A DNA stretch of 64,000 nucleotides from Acidimicrobiia bacterium (lineage in GTDB: Bacteria; Actinomycetota; Acidimicrobiia; Spongiisociales; SHLN01): the NCBI GenBank assembly GCA_013002865.1, contig JABDLU010000202.1, positions 1,062 to 65,061 of the forward strand, written 5' to 3'. The translations under genes and the position numbers were made by a program. Below the pieces are notes generated by a model. It was given only the letters and a program-made list of their open reading frames with translations. It had not been told where the DNA came from and ran no database searches. Positions within the stretch are counted from its first letter, which is position 1. Every line of letters starts with the position of its first letter. Positions 28,978 through 36,528 of the stretch are shown here, one piece after another.

Positions 28978-29409
28978 TTAGATTCCGTGCTCGCTGAGCG
29001 CTTCTTCGATGTCGGCGTATTCGACGTCTCCGGCGGCTGTGACTTCCTGCCATTTGGCGGAGTCCCAAATCTCGACTCGCTCACCAACGCCGACGACGGT
29101 GACTTCTTTGTCGAGCCCGGCATAGTCCCGGAGGGTGGCCGGGAGCTGGATCCGTCCCTGCTTGTCCGGCTTCTGGTCGATTGCCCCGGCGAAGAAGACC
29201 CGGGAGTAGTTGCGGAGCTTTCGGTCCGTTCGAGGTAGAGAACGAATTCGCTCGACTTCCTGTTCCCACGCTTCCGGGGTGAACACGAACAAGCAGCGAT
29301 CCTGACCCTTGGTGATGAAGCAGCCTTTGGCGAGGTCGGGTCGAAACCGACTCGGGAGCACGACGCGACCCTTCGGGTCGATGCTGTGTGTGTGCTCTCC
29401 CAGAAACAC
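28978..29409 (-). CDS. mraZ: transcriptional regulator MraZ
   Basis: N-terminus MFLGEHTHSIDPKGRVVLPSRFR; the duplicated MraZ/SpoVT-AbrB fold. Confidence 0.9.
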   Translation of the reverse strand: MFLGEHTHSIDPKGRVVLPSRFRPDLAKGCFITKGQDRCLFVFTPEAWEQEVERIRSLPRTDRKLRNYSRVFFAGAIDQKPDKQGRIQLPATLRDYAGLDKEVTVVGVGERVEIWDSAKWQEVTAAGDVEYADIEEALSEHGI

Positions 29410-29449
29410 GATTCCATCCTGTCTGCCTGTCCTCGGTGAGCCTCAGCGG

Positions 29450-29520
29450 CTCGTGGCTTGGTCCTCCACTTCGCGCCACTATGGTCCCTTTCGACCCACA
29501 TGTCAAACACCTCGCGCCAC
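29450..29520 (-). promoter_or_regulatory. candidate dcw (mraZ) promoter with GTGG direct repeats (putative MraZ operator)
   Basis: On the minus strand: TTGACA (rc of 29491-29496), 17 nt, then CATAGT, immediately followed by GTGGcgcgaaGTGG (10-bp period). Further GTGGcgcgagGTG and GTGGG copies lie around the -35. Confidence 0.4.
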
Positions 29521-29523
29521 TTT

Positions 29524-29560
29524 TCTTTGGAGGTCAACGGTCGACGGTCGACGGTCAACG
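29524..29560. repeat. heptanucleotide tandem repeat (TCRACGG x4 plus a partial fifth)
   Basis: TCAACGG TCGACGG TCGACGG TCAACGG (ccag)AACGG. Lies upstream of the mraZ promoter region. Confidence 0.7.
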
Positions 29561-29680
29561 GCCAGAACGGGACCAACCCGGTCGGAGCGGAACGGCAGCG
29601 CGCTCAATCACCGATAGGGAGACGGGCTTCCACGGGCGGGTGACCACCGGCCGGCGAAGGGGGACGGGGGACGGGCTGAG

Positions 29681-30112
29681 CTAGGTCGCTTCGCGGCGTT
29701 TGAGCTCGGTGCGGAGGGCGTCGTCTGAGTACTCCATCAGCTCGGGGCCCCACTCCCGGGCGGCGAGCGGAAGCGGGGCGTCGGCCTCGAGCAGTTCGAC
29801 GATCTCGTCGCGCAACGTCCGCGCCCAGGCCCGCCCGCTGGCCGACGCTCGCAGGCTGAGCGATCCGTCGGTGCTCACGAGGTAGGCACGGGCCTCCATT
29901 TGCGGGTTGGCCTTCGACCCGCGTTCTCCGTAGACGAGCAGCACGCATGGTGCGCCGACATCCTGGATGCCGCCGGTCGACACGAACTCGCCGTGGTATG
30001 CCCAACCGGTCGCCTTGTCTGTGTCGACATGCTCGACGACCTTCGCCCAATTCTTGCGGCGCTCGTCCCCGATCAGGGGCACGTCCACCGCCACCGTCAC
30101 AACCGCTTCCAT
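29681..30112 (-). CDS. hypothetical protein
   Basis: 143-aa ORF with coding-like GC3. No recognised motif. Confidence 0.45.
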   Translation of the reverse strand: MEAVVTVAVDVPLIGDERRKNWAKVVEHVDTDKATGWAYHGEFVSTGGIQDVGAPCVLLVYGERGSKANPQMEARAYLVSTDGSLSLRASASGRAWARTLRDEIVELLEADAPLPLAAREWGPELMEYSDDALRTELKRREAT

Positions 30113-30174
30113 GACACCAGACTGTACGTCGATCGAGGCGCCAGTTCGAGTTTGTTACACCTGCCCATACGCGG

Positions 30175-30915
30175 TTGTATGGAATCGTGACTGCCTGGGA
30201 TCCCGCCCACTACGAACAGTTCGAACGGGAGCGAGCTCAGCCCGGGCACGATCTCATGGCTCGCATCGACCTGACCGCTCCGCACCGGATAGTCGACCTC
30301 GGGTGCGGGACGGGACGACTCACCGGCCTTCTCGCCGACCGATACCCCACAGCCGATGTGCTCGGCATCGACCGCTCCTCCGAGATGCTGTCGGAAGCGG
30401 CAGGCCGCGTCCGCTACCGGCAGGCCGACATCGTCGAGTGGGAGCCTGATGGGCCCCTCGACCTCATCTACGCGAACGCCAGCCTGCAGTGGATCCCCGA
30501 TCACCCCCGGCTGTTCCCCCGCCTCCATCAGATGCTGGCCGCCGGCGGTGTGCTCGCCGTGCAGATGCCGCTGTCGTGGGACCAGCCGTCGCATCGGATC
30601 ATGCGCCGGGTCGGCGAGGAGTTCGGCGTCGACCCACAGGCTCCCCCCACACTCGAACCGACCGCCTACTACCAACTGCTCGGGGAGGCCGAAATCTGGG
30701 TCACCACCTATTACCACCGGCTGTCGGGCCCCAACCCGGTGTTCCGCTGGGTGTCGGCGACGGGAATGAAGCGCTTCCTGGGCCAGATCCCCTATGACGG
30801 CCACGACGAGTTCCGGGCCCGCTGTGCCCGGCTCATCGAGGAGGCCTACCCGGCCGGCCCAGACGGTGCGACGGTGTTCCCCTTCCGCCGCCTCTTCATC
30901 ATCGACCGGGCCTAG
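30175..30915 (+). CDS. tam: trans-aconitate 2-methyltransferase-like SAM methyltransferase
   Basis: WDPAHYEQFERERAQP...IVDLGCGTG...LIYANASLQWIPDH, the Tam signature. Confidence 0.8.
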   Translation: MYGIVTAWDPAHYEQFERERAQPGHDLMARIDLTAPHRIVDLGCGTGRLTGLLADRYPTADVLGIDRSSEMLSEAAGRVRYRQADIVEWEPDGPLDLIYANASLQWIPDHPRLFPRLHQMLAAGGVLAVQMPLSWDQPSHRIMRRVGEEFGVDPQAPPTLEPTAYYQLLGEAEIWVTTYYHRLSGPNPVFRWVSATGMKRFLGQIPYDGHDEFRARCARLIEEAYPAGPDGATVFPFRRLFIIDRA

Positions 30916-30925
30916 TCTCCCCCGC

Positions 30926-31618
30926 ATGCTCACCGACCGATCGATCCTCGTCACGGGCGCCTCATCCGGCATCGGCCGGGAGATGGTTCGTACCTACGTC
31001 GGGTTGGGCGCCCGGGTGCTCGGCACGGCCCGGCGCGAAGCGGCCCTCGTAGAGACCATCGAGGGGCTCGACCCCGAGCGGGCGATGATCGTCCCCGCCG
31101 ACCTGGGCAGCCGCACGGGTCGGGAAATCCTCGTCACCGAGGCGCTGCGCATCGCCCCTATCGACGTTGTCGTCCACGCCGCCGGCGTGCTGGGGCCGCG
31201 GGCACCGCTCGCCGAGTATCCCGAGCAGGCCTGGCACGAGACGTTCCACATCAACATGACCGCCATCCATCTGCTCCATCAAGAGCTCGTGAACTGTCTG
31301 GCCCCGGCGGCCACCATTATCGGAGTCTCCAGCTCGGTAGGGCGCACCGGCCGGGGCGGCTGGGGCATGTACGCCGTTTCCAAGGCGGCTCTGGAAGGCT
31401 GGCTCGAGGTGCTGGCCGACGAGTGGCCGGGCCCGGTGTTCTCGGTCAATCCCGGCGGCACCGCCACCCCGATGCGAGCCGAGGCCCTGCCGGAGGAGGA
31501 TCCGTCGACCATCCCCTCACCTGCCGACATCATGCCGATCTTCGTCCGGCTCGCTGCAGCAGACCCCGGATACCCCACCGGCGAGAAGCTCAACGCTCGC
31601 GACTTCATCGACCGGTAG
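30926..31618 (+). CDS. SDR-family oxidoreductase
   Basis: Start at the internal ATG (MLTDRSILVTGASSGIGREM). Catalytic YxxxK motif (YAVSKAA). Confidence 0.8.
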   Translation: MLTDRSILVTGASSGIGREMVRTYVGLGARVLGTARREAALVETIEGLDPERAMIVPADLGSRTGREILVTEALRIAPIDVVVHAAGVLGPRAPLAEYPEQAWHETFHINMTAIHLLHQELVNCLAPAATIIGVSSSVGRTGRGGWGMYAVSKAALEGWLEVLADEWPGPVFSVNPGGTATPMRAEALPEEDPSTIPSPADIMPIFVRLAAADPGYPTGEKLNARDFIDR

Positions 31619-31643
31619 GCTGACGAAACCGAAAGGGGATGAC

Positions 31644-32153
31644 GTGAACATTGTCGTATCCACCGACGGGTCGCTCGATCCGGCCGATACCACCGCCTTC
31701 GTCAAGCCGTACGCAAACGGCGCCGACGTGACCGTGCTGACCGTGGTTGAGATCCCGCGACGGCTGCTGGCCGACCTGCGGGCGGTCTACGGGGAGCGAT
31801 CGGGCTCTGTCGACAGCGACGGCGAGTACGTGGGGATGTCCCCGACTCCCCCGGGGGTGTCACTCGACTTCCCCGGTGACGATGCGTTCATCGAGCTCTA
31901 TTTGAACAACCAGCTGGAGGAGCGGACCGGCCCACTCGTCGCCGCCCTGCAAGAAGCCGGCGTCACCGTCGAGGTCGAGATCCTCGAGGGCGAGAACGGG
32001 GCGCAGCTGATTCTGGATTACCTGCGAGCCAAGAAGACCGACCTGATCGTGCTCGGCACCAAGGGGCGGGGGCTGTTCGAGGGCATGCTCGGCTCGACCG
32101 GGACCAAGGTCGCCCGCCACGCGCCGTGTTCGGTACTGCTCATCCGGGTGTGA
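31644..32153 (+). CDS. universal stress protein (UspA family)
   Basis: Usp fold. The C-terminal ATP-binding motif ([36 protein letters not shown]) is present. Confidence 0.8.
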   Translation: MNIVVSTDGSLDPADTTAFVKPYANGADVTVLTVVEIPRRLLADLRAVYGERSGSVDSDGEYVGMSPTPPGVSLDFPGDDAFIELYLNNQLEERTGPLVAALQEAGVTVEVEILEGENGAQLILDYLRAKKTDLIVLGTKGRGLFEGMLGSTGTKVARHAPCSVLLIRV

Positions 32154-32187
32154 CCGCCCGATAGACCCCGGGACTAACCTTGCCCGC

Positions 32188-32685
32188 ATGCGGGCGCTGA
32201 TCCTGAACGCCACCTACGAGCCGCTCTCGATCGTGTCCGCGCGCCGTGCGGTCATCCTCGTCCTCCGTCAGAAAGCCATCGTCCTGGAAGAGAGCGGCAC
32301 GGTGTGGCGTTCTGAGCGCTCCAGTGTTGCCCTCCCCTCGGTCATCCGGCTCAACACGTACGTCAAGGTCCCGTATGCCCGGCGCATCGCCCTCAACCGG
32401 CGAGCCGTGTTTGCTCGCGACCGCCACTCCTGCCAGTACTGCGGCACCGGCGCTGAGAACCTCGACCACGTCCTCCCCCGCTCCCGGGGCGGCGCCCATA
32501 CCTGGGAAAACGTGGTGGCCGCCTGCCGGCGCTGCAACCTGCGTAAAGGCAACCGAACCCCCGCCGAGGCCGGCATGCCCCTGCGTTCTGAACCGACCGC
32601 ACCGCGTCGCCACGGCTGGGTGCTGGTCAATCTCGGCGCACCCCCCCACCCCAGTTGGCAGCCCTATCTGGCGGGAGCGTTCTGA
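32188..32685 (+). CDS. HNH endonuclease (stand-alone)
   Basis: [42 protein letters not shown], which contains the HNH catalytic motif. Confidence 0.8.
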   Translation: MRALILNATYEPLSIVSARRAVILVLRQKAIVLEESGTVWRSERSSVALPSVIRLNTYVKVPYARRIALNRRAVFARDRHSCQYCGTGAENLDHVLPRSRGGAHTWENVVAACRRCNLRKGNRTPAEAGMPLRSEPTAPRRHGWVLVNLGAPPHPSWQPYLAGAF

Positions 32686-32732
32686 CGCCGGCGGATTGAG
32701 AACCACTCTGGGTCGTACCTCTGATACGCTAC

Positions 32733-33251
32733 GTGACGCTGGCGCGACACCGAGGGTTCATGCGAGTTGTTGGATATGTTCGAGAGCTGTTCGGTCCTGA
32801 GGATGCGGACCCTGCCTTCGTGCAGGGAGAGGCCATCCGGGGCTGGGTGCGCCGGACGGGGCACAATCTGATCTCAGTCTGCCAAGACGTCCGGCAGGAA
32901 GGCCATGGCCTGGCCCGCGACGGTTTCCAGGCGTTGCTCGGGATCGTGGCCCTCGACGGCGCCGACGGGGTCGTTGTGCCCAGCCTCCGCTCGCTCTCGC
33001 CCGATTTGATGACCCAGGAGATCATGATCTGGGACCTGCGCCGCCGCGGCGTGGCCGTCATGTCGATCGACGAACGCGATCACGAGCTGCTGCTCACCCC
33101 GACCAAAGAGCGCCTGCTGATGCGGGACGTGCTGGCCCGGCTCGAGGAGTACTACCAGTGGGCGCGGCCCGCCGAGGCCGATGAAGCAGACGATGAGGAC
33201 CGGGGTGACGGCGAGGTGGTCGTCGAGCTGATCCCGGCGAGCGACGCCTAG
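32733..33251 (+). CDS. serine-recombinase (resolvase) catalytic-domain-like protein lacking the Ser nucleophile and any DNA-binding domain
   Basis: MRVVGYVRELFG aligns to the resolvase YxRVSTxxQ motif but has Leu in place of the catalytic Ser. The resolvase core (ADGVVVPSLRSLS...VAVMSIDE) is followed by an acidic tail with no HTH. A likely alternative start is the second ATG (~32760). Confidence 0.6.
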   Translation: MTLARHRGFMRVVGYVRELFGPEDADPAFVQGEAIRGWVRRTGHNLISVCQDVRQEGHGLARDGFQALLGIVALDGADGVVVPSLRSLSPDLMTQEIMIWDLRRRGVAVMSIDERDHELLLTPTKERLLMRDVLARLEEYYQWARPAEADEADDEDRGDGEVVVELIPASDA

Positions 33252-34073
33252 CTAGCGGGCCTGGCTCAGAGCGGCCCAGGCGGCTCGGGCCAGCGCGAAT
33301 GCCTTCTCAGCACCGATCAGCGCCGACCCGACGTGGAAGCTCCCGTCGTGGCGCTGCAAAAGCACCGTGACCATGTTGTGGTCACCCAGCTCATGCTCCT
33401 CGACGGCCAGCAGCACCGGCGGAGGTTGATCTCCCGACATCTCCCCGACGGCGGCAACCACTGCCTCGCGCACACCGGCGTCACTGGGCCGCCCCCGCCG
33501 GGTGACCGTTCGCCCGTCGTCGGTGTCCACCGTGACGGCAACGCCGTCCCGATCCTCCTGAACCCGCACCCGGGCGAGGAGGCCCCGGCCCGGCGGGGTC
33601 GCCGGTCGCTCCGCCGGCTCGGCAGGCTCCTCGGGCCGGACGACCGGCTCGGGCGCCCGGATGAACTGTTCGATGCCCTCTGGAGCCGTAGCCGGCGCAG
33701 GCGCGGCCGCCGCCCCGGCGGGGTGTTCCTCCAGGTCGTCGTCGGGCGCTTCGGCGGCCTCTGCGTCGGCGTCCTCGTCGGCCATCCCAGGAATGAGGGT
33801 CGTTTGCAGCAGCCCGGGTCCGCGCAGGATGGTCGCTTCCACCGGCGGCGGCGGCGGTCCGGCCGGTTCGATCCTGGCCTGCGGGGGTGCCATCCGGCCT
33901 TTCAGGCCATAGTGGGCCAGCACATCGCGCACTGCGGCGGCGACGTCGGTCGGGTCGGCCTCAGCCGACAGCCGGACCCGCACACCCTCAGCGGTGTCGG
34001 AGGCCAGCTCGGCGTCGGCCACTCCGGGCAGATCACGGAGTGCCGCGGTGAGATCCTCGGCTTCCCGGTTCAT
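33252..34073 (-). CDS. hypothetical protein (Pro/Ala/Glu-rich linker, two globular halves)
   Basis: Start at the internal ATG (MNREAEDLTAALRDLPGV), which overlaps the stop of the upstream small ORF as ATGA. No motif recognised. Confidence 0.5.
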   Translation of the reverse strand: MNREAEDLTAALRDLPGVADAELASDTAEGVRVRLSAEADPTDVAAAVRDVLAHYGLKGRMAPPQARIEPAGPPPPPVEATILRGPGLLQTTLIPGMADEDADAEAAEAPDDDLEEHPAGAAAAPAPATAPEGIEQFIRAPEPVVRPEEPAEPAERPATPPGRGLLARVRVQEDRDGVAVTVDTDDGRTVTRRGRPSDAGVREAVVAAVGEMSGDQPPPVLLAVEEHELGDHNMVTVLLQRHDGSFHVGSALIGAEKAFALARAAWAALSQAR

Positions 34074-34306
34074 CGCTGGTCCCGCCGCCACTCGAGAAAG
34101 CGGATCACGTCGTCGGGCTCCGGAGCGCGATCGGCCGTGCCGTAGGCAGTTTGCAGGCGCCAGCGCAGGTAGGCGCGGCGGGGAAGCGGCAGGAACGGGG
34201 CGCGTTTCCACCAGCCGGAGGGAGTGAAGGCTGCCCAGGAGCGCAGCGCTTCAGACCACAGTGGAGGGTGGCGGAGGATCACCCGCATGATGGAGGGCGC
34301 GAACAT
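34070..34306 (-). CDS. small Trp/Arg-rich hypothetical protein
   Basis: 72-78 aa with coding-like GC3. Translationally coupled (ATGA) to the downstream 273-aa gene. Divergent from moxR. Confidence 0.4.
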   Translation of the reverse strand: MFAPSIMRVILRHPPLWSEALRSWAAFTPSGWWKRAPFLPLPRRAYLRWRLQTAYGTADRAPEPDDVIRFLEWRRDQR

Positions 34307-34385
34307 CGGGTCCCTGACTCTAATCTTCGAACCCTTGATAGGCTGGTCATCTCATTCGCGGCGAGGAGACATCCATTGACAGCTG

Positions 34386-35353
34386 AGCCAATTGCGTCGA
34401 GCTCGTCCTGGTTCACCGAGCGCTTTGATGCCATCGTCGCCAACATCGAGCGGGTGATTCAGGGCAAGCACGACGAGATCCGGCTGGTTGTCCAAACCCT
34501 CATCGCCGGCGGGCACGCCCTGGTGGAAGACGTGCCGGGAGTCGGCAAGACGCTGCTCGCCAAATCGCTGGCCCGCTCGATCGACTGCTCCTTTCACCGC
34601 ATTCAGTTCACCCCCGACCTGCTCCCCTCCGACCTGACCGGGGTCTCGGTGTGGGACCGCGAGCGCGGCAAGTTCGTCTTTCGGCGGGGCCCGGTGTTCT
34701 CCAACATCGTGCTCGGCGACGAGATCAACCGGGCCAGCCCCAAGACCCAAGCCGCCCTGCTCGAGGCGATGGAAGAGCGCCAGGTCACGGTTGACGGGAT
34801 CACCCGGCCGCTGGAAGCCCCCTTCATGGTCATCGCCACTCAGAATCCGATCGAGCACGAAGGCACCTATCCCCTCCCCGAAGCGCAGCTGGACCGGTTC
34901 ATGACCCGGGTGACGCTCGGCTACCCGAACCGGGCCAAGGAGCTCGAAATGCTCGATGCCCACGGCGACCACTCGGTGTACGAGGACATCTCCCCGGTCG
35001 TATCGGGCGAGGAAGTCGTCGAGATGGTTCGCCAGGCCTCCCAGGTGCACGTCGCCCCGGAGCTCAAGGGCTATTTAGTCGATCTCGCCGAGGCCACCCG
35101 CAGCGATCCCGATTTGCTGCTCGGAGCCTCCCCCCGCGCCACGCTCTACTTGCAGCGGGCCGCCCGGGTGCGGGCGGCTGCCACCGGGCGCGCGTACTCC
35201 ACGCCGGACGATGTCAAGGCCCTGCTGATCCCCACGCTGAGCCACCGGGTCATCCTGCGACCCGAGGCGCAGATGCGGGCGGCCTCAGTCCGCGATGTGC
35301 TGGCCCGCATCACCTCGACGGTGCCGGTTCCGGGGACCGCCGACATTCGATGA
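34386..35353 (+). CDS. moxR: MoxR-family AAA+ ATPase
   Basis: Probable TTG start after GAGGAG. Walker A (GVPGVGKTLLAK), Walker B (LGDEINRASP) and the MoxR C-terminus. Confidence 0.85.
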
Positions 35354-36528
35354 TCACCACGCGCGGGTGGGCGGCCATCGGCGCCGCCGCCGCGCTCGTC
35401 CTGTTGTGGATGGGCTTCGGCGAGCCAGAGCTGCTCGCCGGCGGGATCTTCCTGCTGTCGTCTGTGCTGATCGGCGCCCTCATCGTTCGCCGCTCCCGAC
35501 CCGACGCCGATCTGACCCGGTTCATCACCCCGCTCAGAGTGCACGAAGGTGACCGGGCCCGGGTGGAGATCCGGCTGTTCGCCCGCCGGCCGCTGCGCCC
35601 ACTCATCATCGAAGACGAGGTCTCCCGCCTGGGCCGGGCCCGATTCGCCACGGCCCGGGCCGGTCGCAACTCCTCGGTCACGGCCCACTATGAGATCGTG
35701 TGCCGGCCTCGCGGGGTCTACCAGATAGGGCCGGCCGAGCTGGTGATCTCCGATCCGTTCGACCTGGCAGCGGTGCGCAGCACGGCCGGGGGGATCGACC
35801 GGCTAGTCGTTTACCCATCCATTGAGGAGCTCGACGGGTTCCCGGCCACCCGCGGCCACGACCCGTCGGTGCAGTCGGCTCACCCGTCTCACGCCCCGAG
35901 CGGCGGCGACGACTTCTTCACCCTGCGGGAGTACCGGCTCGGCGACGATCTGCGCCGGGTGCACTGGCCGTCCTCCGCCAAGCGCGACGAGCTGATGATC
36001 CGGCAACTGGAGATCCCGTGGCAGTCCCGGGCACTGGTGCTGATGGATTCCCGGGCGTCGGCGCACACCCCGGACAGCTTCGAGCACGCCGTGCGAGGGG
36101 CTGCCTCAGTGCTGCACCACTTCTACCGGGGTGGCTATCTCCCCCAGCTCTGGATCGGCGATACCGCCCGGCCAAGCGCCCCGGCCCCGTATGAGATCGC
36201 CATGGAGAAGCTGGCAGCCGTCCAGCCGATGGAGGGGCTCGATCTGCGCCATGCCGTGCTCCGCATGCGACAGCACGGGTATTCCGGTGGAGCCCTCGTG
36301 ATGATCACCGGCCGGCTCGATGAGGACAACCTTGCCGTCTTCCAGACACTCGGGCGCGACTACAGCCGGACCGTGCTTATGGTGGTGGCCGATGAGGATC
36401 CCGAGTTCCTGGCCCCGTTCAAACTGGGTGGAGCGGCAGCCGTGCAGGTCGGCGCCGGGGACCGGTGGTCGAAAGCGTGGACGGAAGCGATAGGAGCCGG
36501 TCGATGGTCTACCGCCTCACCTGGGTAG
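35350..36528 (+). CDS. DUF58-domain protein (MoxR-associated, vWA-like)
   Basis: Two N-terminal TM segments and the DUF58 hallmark (DFFTLREYRLGDDLRRVHWPSSAKRDELMIR). 4-nt overlap with the moxR stop. Confidence 0.8.
   Translation: MITTRGWAAIGAAAALVLLWMGFGEPELLAGGIFLLSSVLIGALIVRRSRPDADLTRFITPLRVHEGDRARVEIRLFARRPLRPLIIEDEVSRLGRARFATARAGRNSSVTAHYEIVCRPRGVYQIGPAELVISDPFDLAAVRSTAGGIDRLVVYPSIEELDGFPATRGHDPSVQSAHPSHAPSGGDDFFTLREYRLGDDLRRVHWPSSAKRDELMIRQLEIPWQSRALVLMDSRASAHTPDSFEHAVRGAASVLHHFYRGGYLPQLWIGDTARPSAPAPYEIAMEKLAAVQPMEGLDLRHAVLRMRQHGYSGGALVMITGRLDEDNLAVFQTLGRDYSRTVLMVVADEDPEFLAPFKLGGAAAVQVGAGDRWSKAWTEAIGAGRWSTASPG

Noticed and set aside
29410-29680. Small ORFs in the mraZ upstream region (29309-29617, 29388-29684, 29458-29643)
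   Set aside because: They overlap the promoter/operator and repeat region, have no RBS and are not conserved-looking. The region is better explained as regulatory DNA.
32733-33251. Resolvase-domain protein as evidence of a mobile element or integrated island
   Set aside because: The protein has no catalytic Ser and no DNA-binding domain, and there are no flanking inverted or direct repeats. The tRNA, transposase and integrase context of a mobile element is absent, and the flanking genes are syntenic core genes.
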